Notes under the pieces: model-generated
The model's input: the letters and a program-made list of their open reading frames with translations, nothing else
Told to the model about the DNA's origin: nothing
Databases searched by the model: none
Program-made: the position numbers and the translations under genes
NCBI GenBank assembly: GCA_029265795.1
Contig: JAJUGV010000002.1
Coordinates: forward strand, 26,873 to 90,872
Source of the DNA: Alcaligenaceae bacterium
GTDB lineage: Bacteria; Pseudomonadota; Gammaproteobacteria; Burkholderiales; Burkholderiaceae_B
Length of the DNA: 64,000 nucleotides
Direction: 5' to 3'
In this document: positions 38,813 to 47,690 of the stretch, in pieces
Numbering within the stretch: position 1 is the first letter of the stretch
Layout of the letters: each line of letters starts with the position of its first letter

Positions 38813-38940
38813 GATGGATTATCCAACGTGACTTTGGGAAGGGCATAAATTTTACGCCCATCTACAATCATTCGTACAAGAAATTTTTTCAGCGGTTGCC
38901 GGCGGGTGCTATTCTTCTATTTTTGTGAGTAGAAGACGTT

Positions 38941-39405
38941 ATGCAAGGTTGGAAGCGCAGGGTGGTTTATGTGACCCTGTACGAGGCTATCGCTATTGCA
39001 CTGACAGGCGCAGTGCTGTTCGCTCTGGGACATAGCCCCATGCATTCCTTGGTGGCATCCGTGGGGGCGTCAGTGCTGGCCGTTGTCTGGAACCTGATAT
39101 TCAACGCCATGTTCGAAGCCTGGGAACGTCGCCAGACCGTGAAGGGCCGGAGCGTGCGTCGGCGTATTGCTCACGCAATCGGTTTTGAGGGCGGCCTGAT
39201 TGTATCCATGGTGCCGTTCTTCGCCTGGTGGCTCGAAGTTACCCTGTGGGAAGCTTTTGTCATGGATCTGGGCTTTATCGTCTTCTTCTTGATTTACACC
39301 TTCGTATTCGCGTGGTGCTTCGACCGCATATTCGGCCTGCCTGCTTCCGCCATGCCGGCGCCCTCTAAGCAGGGCGCAGCGCAAGCCTGCGCGGCAGGCC
39401 AATAG
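38941..39405 (+). CDS. PACE family efflux transporter
   Basis: RRVVYVTLYE, WNLIFN, RRIAHAIGFEGG, YTFVFAWCFD. Confidence 0.93.
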   Translation: MQGWKRRVVYVTLYEAIAIALTGAVLFALGHSPMHSLVASVGASVLAVVWNLIFNAMFEAWERRQTVKGRSVRRRIAHAIGFEGGLIVSMVPFFAWWLEVTLWEAFVMDLGFIVFFLIYTFVFAWCFDRIFGLPASAMPAPSKQGAAQACAAGQ

Positions 39406-39442
39406 TTCGTTTAACTTAGCGGCGTGATCTAGGCCGCGCCCT

Positions 39443-39868
39443 CTAGGCCGCGCCCAACACACTGGCCCGATCGACCGGATGCGTTTCCACGTATTCCAGC
39501 ATGCTGGTGTCAAACAGTTTGATGAATGCGCCCAGGGGGTTGGCTTCTGGGTAAGCCCACCCAGCTAGGTTTGCAGCCAGGGCACTGGCCTGCAGAAGTT
39601 CGTCTTCCGTCACCCACAATTCATACTGCTTGAGCAAGGCCTGTACGTCGGCAGGGCTGCGGACTGCCGGCAGTGTCAGGTCGTGTTTGAGACGGTATAC
39701 GAACACGCGCGGGGTGCCGCTACGGTTACGCAAAGCGTGATTCTGCGCTAGTTCCTTGGTGGCCGCGAGCCAGAAGGCGTGACGCCCCAACACCGAGACC
39801 TCGTCGGCGTCGGGTCGGTCGGTACCGTGGTAGACAAGTGTGCCCGCAGGCAAGTGAAACTCTGACAT
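39443..39868 (-). CDS. Hypothetical protein, possible ADP-ribosyltransferase-like fold
   Basis: LVYHGT followed by AFWLA...LAQNHA; AAGAG before ATG 39868. Confidence 0.55.
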   Translation of the reverse strand: MSEFHLPAGTLVYHGTDRPDADEVSVLGRHAFWLAATKELAQNHALRNRSGTPRVFVYRLKHDLTLPAVRSPADVQALLKQYELWVTEDELLQASALAANLAGWAYPEANPLGAFIKLFDTSMLEYVETHPVDRASVLGAA

Positions 39869-39995
39869 GGTGGATATTCTCTTGTTAGTGAATTTATAGA
39901 ACAGCGCTTTCATTTTCTCTGAAAAAAGGGGTTTAGTGAAGGCGCTCGCTGAGCTTGCGGGCAGCTTCGGCCCTGCCTCATTCAGGGTAATCTAT

Positions 39996-40031
39996 TAGTT
40001 GCGCCCGCAACCAAATTGATTAAGATCAATT
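39996..40031 (+). promoter_or_regulatory. Tandem operators: MarR-like inverted repeat and FNR-consensus box
   Basis: GTTGCG-CC-CGCAAC (39998-40011); TTGAT-TAAG-ATCAA (40016-40029). Confidence 0.6.
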
Positions 40032-40102
40032 CCGCAATTGGATCAGTAGCAAAAGCAAAAGCCCGCTCTGCGGAAAATGAATTCATACACCAAGGAAGAG
40101 AC

Positions 40103-41086
40103 ATGTTCGCATTCACCAAATTTGCGAGGCGTATTGTTGCGGGCAGTGTAGTGGCCCTCACTACACTGGGCACCGCGATGGCCCAGGATTACCCGACACG
40201 CAGCATCGAATGGGTGGTGCCCTACGCGCCGGGAGGCGGCACAGACATCGTTGCCCGGGTTCTGGCTCAGCATATGGGGGCCGAACTGGGGCAGACCATG
40301 GTCGTCGTCAACAAACCCGGAGCCGCGACGGCAATCGGTGCGGAATACGTGGCGCGGGCGGCTGCAGATGGCTACACGCTTCTGTCGGCTGATACGGCAA
40401 CGCTGGCCGCTAACCCGTTCATTTATAAAAAGCTGAGCTACGACGCGGTCAACGATTTTGACTCGGTCGGCCTGACCGTGCGGTTTCCCATGATTCTGGT
40501 GGTGAATCCAGAAGTCCCCGCAAAAAATCTTAAAGAGCTTCTGGATTGGGCCGAGCAGCAAGACGGTGGCGCTCCTTATGCCACACCCGGCTCCGGCAGC
40601 CCGCATCACCTGGCAACTGAGTTGTTTCGTGAACAGACGGGTCTGAAGCTCACTCATGTTCCGTATAAGGGTGCTGCGCCGGCTGTTCAGGATGTGGTTT
40701 CAGGCCAGGTTCCCTTCATGTTTGTGGATACAGCCAGTGGCCAGCAATTCATCGAGAACGAGCGCTTAAGGGCAATTGGTGTGGCGAGCCCCCAACGTGT
40801 CGAAGGCTTTGAGTCGGTACCCACCCTGCAGGAACAGGGCTTGGAAGGCTTCGAGGCTTATGCCTGGCAGGGCCTGGTGGTTCCCAAGGGTACGCCTGAA
40901 GAAGCGATCAACAAGCTGAATGCGGCCCTGCTTTCTGCGCTGGGCAACTCCGAAATCAAGCAGCGCTTAAACGCCATGGGGCTCGAAGTCACCCCAAGCA
41001 CGCCTGCGGAGATGGCGGCCTATGGCGAGGCTGAGCGTACTAAGTGGGGACCCGTCATAGAGTCTGCCGGCATCAAGGTGGATTGA
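40103..41086 (+). CDS. Bug/TctC tripartite tricarboxylate transporter substrate-binding protein
   Basis: YPTRSIEWVVPYAPGGGTD, NKPGA, HVPYKG. Confidence 0.95.
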   Translation: MFAFTKFARRIVAGSVVALTTLGTAMAQDYPTRSIEWVVPYAPGGGTDIVARVLAQHMGAELGQTMVVVNKPGAATAIGAEYVARAAADGYTLLSADTATLAANPFIYKKLSYDAVNDFDSVGLTVRFPMILVVNPEVPAKNLKELLDWAEQQDGGAPYATPGSGSPHHLATELFREQTGLKLTHVPYKGAAPAVQDVVSGQVPFMFVDTASGQQFIENERLRAIGVASPQRVEGFESVPTLQEQGLEGFEAYAWQGLVVPKGTPEEAINKLNAALLSALGNSEIKQRLNAMGLEVTPSTPAEMAAYGEAERTKWGPVIESAGIKVD

Positions 41087-41091
41087 CGCAC

Positions 41092-41538
41092 ATGTTGCAT
41101 ACGGCGCTGCATCGCACGTTCACATATCGCCTGCACCGGCTGCATAAGCTGACCGACAAAGAAAGCCAGCGACGCTATTTCGCGGAGCTGGGTTTCAGCC
41201 TCAGCGATGGCCGGTGTCTCGCTGCAGTAGGTAGTTTTCAGCCATTGTCGGTCAGCGAGCTGGCTAGGGCGTCCAATCTGGACAAGGGCCAGGCAAGTCG
41301 TGCGGCGCAGGCGCTGGTGGAACGCAAACTGGTGGAAAAATCCTTTGATCCGGAAGATGGGCGCAGCGTGGTGCTGCGCCTGACGGAGGAAGGGCAACGC
41401 CGCTGGCAGGCGGTGATGCAGCTCATTGCCGTTCGCAATGAAGAGATTTTTGGCTGCCTGACTGAAACGCAACGACGGCAGTTCAGCGCATTGCTGGATC
41501 AGCTGATAGAGCACGCCATAGAGCGTAGCGAAAGATAA
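41092..41538 (+). CDS. MarR family transcriptional regulator
   Basis: LDKGQASRAAQALVERKLV, DGRSVVLRLTEEG. Confidence 0.92.
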   Translation: MLHTALHRTFTYRLHRLHKLTDKESQRRYFAELGFSLSDGRCLAAVGSFQPLSVSELARASNLDKGQASRAAQALVERKLVEKSFDPEDGRSVVLRLTEEGQRRWQAVMQLIAVRNEEIFGCLTETQRRQFSALLDQLIEHAIERSER

Positions 41539-41557
41539 ATACCTACGAGGCAAAACC

Positions 41558-43249
41558 ATGCACACCCCTGTCGCTGAGCCCCGGCGATCCATTTATTACC
41601 AATATCAGGTCATGCAGCCGTGGCTGCCTTCCAAACACCCCTCTGAGCAACGGGCTAAGGTGGCTATCGGCGGTGCCGGGCCGGCGGGACTCGTGTTGGC
41701 ACTTGAGCTGGCTCGCCACGGTGTCCCCAGTGTCGTTCTGGAATCGGAATTGCAGGTCTCTGAAGGCAGCCGTGCCATTGTCTTCACGCGCCGCTCGATG
41801 GAAATTCTGCAACAAGTCGGCGTAGCAGATCGAATGACGGAAGGGGGGTTGCCCTGGCGCTATGGCAACTCGTATTACCGAGGGCAACGCGTATTTCGCA
41901 TGGAGAATCCCCATAGCGAGGACGACCGCTTCTTCCCCATGATTAACGTGCAGCAACAGTTCCTTGAGCAGTATCTCATCGAGGAAATCGCTCGGCAGCC
42001 ACTCATTGAGCTGCGCTGGGGCAATCGTGTCGTAGGGGTAGAGCAGCAGGGCGGGGCGGTACAGCTGAGCGTTGACACCCCGGAGGGGCCTTATACCCTG
42101 CAAACGGACTGGCTTGTGGCGGCAGATGGGGCACGCTCGGCCATTCGCAGTATGCTGGGGCTGAAAATGGAAGGCCAGTCCTACGAAGGGCAATTCGTTA
42201 TAGCCGATATCAAGGTCGACTTGCCCCTGCCGACTGAACGGCTGGCCTTTTTCGACCCGGAATGGAACCCCGGCAATACCGTACTGATGCATCGCGAGCC
42301 GAACGGCATCTGGCGTGTGGATTACCAGCTGCCGCCCGGCGAATCGCCGGAAAAAGCGCTGGAGCCGGATTCCCTGCATACACGTATCAACGCAGCGCTT
42401 GCCACCATCGGCCATGCGGACAAGCCCTGGGAGATGGATTGGGCGTCCGTGTATTCCGCACGTACGCTTACCTTGCCGGACTACGTGCATGGCAGGGTGT
42501 TGTTTACCGGCGATGCTGCGCATATGCTGCCCATTTTCGGGGTGAGGGGGGCCAATACGGGCTTTCAGGATTCCCAGTCTTTGGGCTGGCACCTGGCTTA
42601 CGTAGTGAAAGGCCTCTTCACCCCGGCGGCACTGGCCAATTTCAGCCGTGAACGGGTGGGAGCGGCACGCGAAATCATTGATGAAGCGGGCAAGAGCACG
42701 CGCTTTATGACTCCGCCGACTCGCGGCTTCCGACTGCTACGGGATGCCGTCCTATCGCTGTCCTTGACGCAGACCTTTGTACGGCCCTTGTATCACTGGC
42801 GGACTTCGCGGCCCCACGAATACGCGCACTCGGCGTTTAATTGCCCGGGCGATGACAATGCGCTCTTTCAGTCAGGGCCGGGGCACGGTGCGCCGCCGAT
42901 GAACGTCCGCTTGGGGGCGGATGAGTTCCTGCTGGATCACCTGGGCGGGAGCTTCGACTTGCTGTACTTCACCTCGGGCGACGCGATTCCCGAACCATTG
43001 CAAAAGGTCATTGCCGGTGCGCGTACGCGCGGCTTGCCGATTCGTGTCCACGCGGTGGGCAACGTCGGCCCCGTTACGGGCGCTGATTGCCATCATGCAG
43101 ACATAGAAGGACGCGTTCGGCAGCGTTATGGCGTGACCGCCGGCGGGGCAGCCTATTTGCTTCGGCCCGATCAGCATGTTTGTGCACGCTGGATGACGTT
43201 GGATGCGGTACGGCTGCAATCGGCCCTGAATATGATTCTTGAACAATAA
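41558..43249 (+). CDS. Group A FAD-dependent monooxygenase (MhpA-like)
   Basis: GAGPAG, ADGARS, GDAAHMLPIFGVRGANTG, C-terminal LLRPDQHV. Confidence 0.92.
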   Translation: MHTPVAEPRRSIYYQYQVMQPWLPSKHPSEQRAKVAIGGAGPAGLVLALELARHGVPSVVLESELQVSEGSRAIVFTRRSMEILQQVGVADRMTEGGLPWRYGNSYYRGQRVFRMENPHSEDDRFFPMINVQQQFLEQYLIEEIARQPLIELRWGNRVVGVEQQGGAVQLSVDTPEGPYTLQTDWLVAADGARSAIRSMLGLKMEGQSYEGQFVIADIKVDLPLPTERLAFFDPEWNPGNTVLMHREPNGIWRVDYQLPPGESPEKALEPDSLHTRINAALATIGHADKPWEMDWASVYSARTLTLPDYVHGRVLFTGDAAHMLPIFGVRGANTGFQDSQSLGWHLAYVVKGLFTPAALANFSRERVGAAREIIDEAGKSTRFMTPPTRGFRLLRDAVLSLSLTQTFVRPLYHWRTSRPHEYAHSAFNCPGDDNALFQSGPGHGAPPMNVRLGADEFLLDHLGGSFDLLYFTSGDAIPEPLQKVIAGARTRGLPIRVHAVGNVGPVTGADCHHADIEGRVRQRYGVTAGGAAYLLRPDQHVCARWMTLDAVRLQSALNMILEQ

Positions 43250-43262
43250 GGAAGGCGGCGCG

Positions 43263-43457
43263 ATGATTGACAAGACAAGCGGCCTGGGTGTGGCCGGGTT
43301 GGAACAGGTCTACGATGAGTTGGCCCAAGCTATCGATCAGGCGGGACCGGAAAAAGCAGAACTGTTTCTGGTGAAGCTCGCCCTGCTCAATGCCGACGCG
43401 CTGGGCGACGCAAATAAGTTTTCGGACCAGCTTCAGGTGGCATTGCGCGATTTATAG
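43263..43457 (+). CDS. DUF2783-like small protein
   Basis: LEQVYDELAQAIDQAG...LFLVKLALL; follows the monooxygenase. Confidence 0.75.
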   Translation: MIDKTSGLGVAGLEQVYDELAQAIDQAGPEKAELFLVKLALLNADALGDANKFSDQLQVALRDL

Positions 43458-43470
43458 CGTGCCTTTTATA

Positions 43471-43492
43471 AAGAAAGCCCGCCGTAGCGGGC
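43471..43492 (-). terminator. Terminator between convergent genes
   Basis: GCCCGC-CGTA-GCGGGC with adjacent AAGAAA. Confidence 0.6.
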
Positions 43493-43513
43493 GAAAGGTA
43501 AGAATGCCGATAC

Positions 43514-43630
43514 CTACTTTTTCTGCTGACTCTGATTTTGCTTTTGGTCCTTCTGCTGGCCTTGGCCTTGCTTTTCTTCCTGTTGCTTGCCGGGATTCTG
43601 TTGAGCGGGTTTCTGTTGGTTCGGTGCCAT
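43514..43630 (-). CDS. Small Gln/Lys-rich peptide (38 aa)
   Basis: AGGAG RBS; MAPNQQKPAQQNPGKQQEEKQGQGQQKDQKQNQSQQKK; terminator follows. Confidence 0.6.
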   Translation of the reverse strand: MAPNQQKPAQQNPGKQQEEKQGQGQQKDQKQNQSQQKK

Positions 43631-43732
43631 GATGAGCTCCTGTGGCGTGAGCCATAACCGGGTGGCTTCTGATGAAGCTGCCATCGGTCGGGCCCAAACC
43701 ATACAGAGCATTTCGCGTGCCTGACGCTCAAT

Positions 43733-43770
43733 AAAAAAACCCCTGCAAATCAACGACTTACAGGGGTTTT
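43733..43770 (-). terminator. tRNA-Thr terminator
   Basis: AAAACCCCTG...CAGGGGTTTT with A-tract. Confidence 0.8.
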
Positions 43771-43783
43771 ACAGTATCCATTG

Positions 43784-43859
43784 TGGTGCCGCTTGCCGGA
43801 TTCGAACTGGCGACCTTTTCATTACGAATGAACTGCTCTACCAACTGAGCTAAAGCGGC
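43784..43859 (-). tRNA. tRNA-Thr (CGT)
   Basis: 76-nt cloverleaf GCCGCTTTAGCTCAG...TTCGTAA...TTCGAAT...AAGCGGCACCA. Confidence 0.97.
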
Positions 43860-43938
43860 CGTTTTCCCTTAAGTTTTGCCTTAAATGGCGACGCTTTCAT
43901 GCGTACCCGGGAAAGCCAGCAATTATACACACAAAAAT

Positions 43939-45048
43939 TTATTTTCGGCTAGAGTATTCCTGTTCCTGGGCGGCGGTAGGCTGGTTCAGCCCCCCCTGGT
44001 TCAGCCGAACCGCAGAGGGGAAGAGGTCCCATGCCGACATGAAGAGCGCGGCCGCCAGCGGGCCGATCACAAAACCATTCAGGCCGAACACCGACAACCC
44101 GCCTAGCGTTGATACCAAGATGATCCAGTCAGGCAGCTTTGTGTCCTTACCCACTAAAATGGGGCGCAGTAGGTTGTCGATCAGGCCGATGACCAGTACC
44201 CCAAATAATGTCAGCACGATACCTTGCACAATAGCGCCGGTCACCAGGAAGTAGACCGCGACTGGCGCCCAGATCAGCGCGGCGCCGACGGCAGGAAGTA
44301 GTGACAGCAAGGTCATGACCACACCCCAGAGCAAGGCGCCCTGAATGCCCAGAATCCAGAACATGAGGCCGCCAAGCGTACCCTGGGTGATGGCGACGAC
44401 AATATTGCCCTTTACCGTCGCGCGGATCACGGTGGCAAATTTGCGGATAAAGTGCTGTTTATGTTCCTCGCTAAGGGGTATGAGCTGTTTGCTGTAGCGT
44501 GCGAGATCAGCCCCATCGCGCAGCAGGAAAAACAGCACATACAACATGACACCCAGCCCGATCAGCAGTTGTGCGGTGTTCTGCCCCAAGCTGACAGCCT
44601 GAGTGGCAATAAAACGCCCGCCTGCTACCGCGCCCTGAGTCAGTTTTTCCTGAATGCCGGTCAGGTCTCCGACGCCCAAAAAACTGAGCACGGAATGCAC
44701 CGAAGGCGGCAACGCATTGGCCACCTGAGTAAAGTACATGCCCAGGTTGAGTTCACCCGTGCTGATGCGTTTGTAGGCGGCGGCGATCTCTTGGATCAGC
44801 GCAATACTGATCACGATCATCGGGATGATGACCATGAGCAGCACGATCAACAGCGTGACGGCGGCGGCGAGGTTGCCGCGGCCTTTGAATTTCATGTAGA
44901 GCCGGCGCTGGATCGGGTAGAAAATCACTGCCAGCGTTGTGGCCCAGAATAAAGCGGCGTAATAGGGCAGCAGTATCCATATAAAGCCGACGGTGACGAG
45001 CGTCAGCATTATCAAGAAACTGCGGAAGTACAGGCTCGAATTCTTCAT
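43939..45048 (-). CDS. AI-2E family transporter
   Basis: LFFLLRDG, IDNLLRPILVG, FGLNGFVIGP. Confidence 0.92.
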   Translation of the reverse strand: MKNSSLYFRSFLIMLTLVTVGFIWILLPYYAALFWATTLAVIFYPIQRRLYMKFKGRGNLAAAVTLLIVLLMVIIPMIVISIALIQEIAAAYKRISTGELNLGMYFTQVANALPPSVHSVLSFLGVGDLTGIQEKLTQGAVAGGRFIATQAVSLGQNTAQLLIGLGVMLYVLFFLLRDGADLARYSKQLIPLSEEHKQHFIRKFATVIRATVKGNIVVAITQGTLGGLMFWILGIQGALLWGVVMTLLSLLPAVGAALIWAPVAVYFLVTGAIVQGIVLTLFGVLVIGLIDNLLRPILVGKDTKLPDWIILVSTLGGLSVFGLNGFVIGPLAAALFMSAWDLFPSAVRLNQGGLNQPTAAQEQEYSSRK

Positions 45049-45263
45049 TCGGCATCCAGTGGGTAGTGATGTACCGGCGCTTGCACTGAGCGGACACTCA
45101 GGGCGTTCGGATTCGAAATTCTATGCCAAAGCTCGACAAAACGCTTGTTGGATGCCCTATGACTCCAAAAATATGTACCCCTGCCAGTCCAAGCTGTGGG
45201 GGCCTGCGTTATGATGCTTTAGTGTGGCAGCCGGCCGGGGAACAATAAGCGAGGAGTTAAGGT

Positions 45264-46928
45264 ATGGAAAAGCACCCCATTGGGCAAGAGCCCCAGAATA
45301 CCGAGGTCAGTGCAGACGGCATTCCCGCCCCATCGGGGCCTACCAATCTGATCGACACTGATTACGTAGTCGGCCAGGATAATTTTGCCGGGAAGCTCGT
45401 CATTCCGCTGGATATACATAGTAAGGTATTTCTCATCTCGGGCATTACGATTTTGCTGTTCGTACTGTTGACGCTGTCTTTACAGGATGAGGCGGCAACA
45501 GTATTCACGGGCGTGCGCAATTGGCTCACCAGCAATATGTCGGGGTTCTTTCTATTAGCCGGCAACGTCTTTGTGGTGTTGTGCGTTGCTCTTATCTTTT
45601 CGCCCTTGGGGAAGGTGCGGCTCGGCGGTAGGGATGCCGTTCCAGATTTCACGTATACCGGCTGGTTTTCCATGCTTTTTGCTGCCGGTATGGGTATCGG
45701 GTTGATGTTTTATGGCGTGGCCGAGCCCATGTCTCACTTCAGCGCTGCGCTGGATGGGGTGACGGTCGATGCTGACGGCGTGCGTACCGACTGGTCACCC
45801 CTGGGAGGCGCGGCGGGTGATGCTCAAGAAGCGTTCAGCCTTGGCATGGCCGCTACGATTTTTCACTGGGGGCTGCATCCGTGGGCGATATACGCCACTG
45901 TGTCCCTCGCGTTGGCTCTTTTTTCATTTAATAAAGGGCTTCCGCTCAGCATGCGTTCCATTTTTTACCCCTTGCTGGGTGAGCGGGTCTGGGGCTGGCC
46001 GGGTCACGTCGTAGATATTCTGGCCGTGTTCGCCACGATGTTCGGCCTGGTCACATCATTGGGGCTGGGTGCGCAGCAAGCGAGCGCCGGTATTGAACAT
46101 TTATTCGGAATTCCGGCGAGCAATTTCAGCATGGTTCTGCTGATCATCGCTATTACTGCGGTCGCGCTATGGTCGGTGGTAGCCGGCGTTGAAAAGGGTG
46201 TGCAGCAGCTTTCCAAAATTAATATGTTGCTCGCGCTTCTGCTCTTGCTGTTTGTCATTATCGTCGGGCCAACTCTGGGTATCTTCAAAGGCTTTTTCTC
46301 TAATCTATGGTCGTATGCCAAGCATTTCCCAGCGCTTGCCAATCCGATCGGTCGCACAGACACCAACTTCGTAGAGGGATGGACAGCGTTTTACTGGGCA
46401 TGGTGGATCAGTTGGTCGCCGTTTGTCGGTATGTTTATCGCGCGTATTAGCCGAGGCCGCTCGGTGCGCGAGTTTTTGATCGCTGTGTTGCTCGTGCCGT
46501 CTGTGGTGTCCGTGCTGTGGATGACGGCCTTCGGTGGAACAGCCATCGATCAGTTTCTGGCTGATGGCTACACCGGAGTGCGCGATGCGGCGCTGGAATT
46601 GCAACTTTTCACCATGCTGAGTCAATTCCCACTTTCTGCAATCACATCATTTCTGGGGATCGTGTTGGTGATTATGTTTTTCATCACCTCATCCGATTCT
46701 GGGTCACTGGTGGTGGACACCATCACGGCGGGTGGCAAGATCAATGCGCCGGTTTCCCAGCGCGTTTTCTGGGCCGTACTGGAAGGGGTGCTGGCCATTG
46801 CGCTGTTGCTTGGCGGCGGCCTTATCGCTTTACAAGCTATGGCGGTCTCAACGGGCTTACCGTTCACGGTGGTGCTATTGGCGGGCTGTATCGCGATTGT
46901 GAAAGGCCTGGTGAGCGAACCGCGTTAA
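45264..46928 (+). CDS. BCCT family (betaine/choline/carnitine) transporter
   Basis: WFSMLFAAGMGIGLMFYGVAEP, HWGLHPW, WTAFYWAWWISWSPFVGMFIARISRGR. Confidence 0.96.
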   Translation: MEKHPIGQEPQNTEVSADGIPAPSGPTNLIDTDYVVGQDNFAGKLVIPLDIHSKVFLISGITILLFVLLTLSLQDEAATVFTGVRNWLTSNMSGFFLLAGNVFVVLCVALIFSPLGKVRLGGRDAVPDFTYTGWFSMLFAAGMGIGLMFYGVAEPMSHFSAALDGVTVDADGVRTDWSPLGGAAGDAQEAFSLGMAATIFHWGLHPWAIYATVSLALALFSFNKGLPLSMRSIFYPLLGERVWGWPGHVVDILAVFATMFGLVTSLGLGAQQASAGIEHLFGIPASNFSMVLLIIAITAVALWSVVAGVEKGVQQLSKINMLLALLLLLFVIIVGPTLGIFKGFFSNLWSYAKHFPALANPIGRTDTNFVEGWTAFYWAWWISWSPFVGMFIARISRGRSVREFLIAVLLVPSVVSVLWMTAFGGTAIDQFLADGYTGVRDAALELQLFTMLSQFPLSAITSFLGIVLVIMFFITSSDSGSLVVDTITAGGKINAPVSQRVFWAVLEGVLAIALLLGGGLIALQAMAVSTGLPFTVVLLAGCIAIVKGLVSEPR

Positions 46929-46976
46929 TGCCGTTAATGCTTAACGTCGGAACGATGGCCGCCTAATAATGGGCGG

Positions 46977-47690
46977 TCACAACCAGAAGTCGCCCACCGG
47001 ACGCTGAGGCGAAAAGTGGGTCGCCACCTGCGCCTGTAGCAGCTCGGCAGTCGCCAGTGCGTCGGTCAGGGCATGGTGCGCCCGATAGGGCGGCAGGCCG
47101 TAGCGGCTGCGGCTGTCGGCAAGTCGGATAGAAAGCGGCTTTCGCCCCAGCAGGCGCATGAGCCAGCCCGGTTTGCGGCGTGGGTGCAGCCGACTCTCAA
47201 TTTGCATGGTGTCGACCATCGGGAACTGCAGCTCGTCTCCGAAGGCCAGCTTCATCGCCTGATTCAGGAAGCCTCGCTCAAGAGGGTGGTAGTGCACCAC
47301 AGCCACTTTACCGGCAAGCTGTTCCAGAAAGGGCTCCGCAATCTCTTCAAAACGCGGCGCCTGGCGGATATCACTATGGGTGATGTGGTGAAAGGTCACC
47401 GATTCGGCCACGAGCTCGCCGGGCGGACGAACGACTTGGTACCAGGCCTGATCGCTGCGTATGCGCTCCAGATTCATGGGAATGAGGCCAATGCTGACTA
47501 TGGCGTGGCGTTTAACATCCAGACCGGTTGTTTCAACGTCCAGAGAGACGAACTCAATGTCTTCCAGAGGCGTACTGTGATGAGGCCAGGCGCTCTGATA
47601 AAAATGCGCAAGGGCAGGATGGCGCACACGCCCCGCCATATCCGCCATATAGGCTGCCCAATCCGAAGATGTTGATTGACGGTGCGTCAT
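46977..47690 (-). CDS. DEDDh 3'-5' exonuclease (DnaQ-like)
   Basis: SLDVETTGL, VDTM, HHALTDALATAEL; 4-bp overlap with the upstream gene. Confidence 0.92.
   Translation of the reverse strand: MTHRQSTSSDWAAYMADMAGRVRHPALAHFYQSAWPHHSTPLEDIEFVSLDVETTGLDVKRHAIVSIGLIPMNLERIRSDQAWYQVVRPPGELVAESVTFHHITHSDIRQAPRFEEIAEPFLEQLAGKVAVVHYHPLERGFLNQAMKLAFGDELQFPMVDTMQIESRLHPRRKPGWLMRLLGRKPLSIRLADSRSRYGLPPYRAHHALTDALATAELLQAQVATHFSPQRPVGDFWL

Noticed and set aside
43784-43859. A-C mismatch in the tRNA-Thr T-stem suggesting a pseudogene
   Set aside because: A similar mismatch occurs in functional bacterial tRNA-Thr genes as I recall; CCA end and terminator are intact
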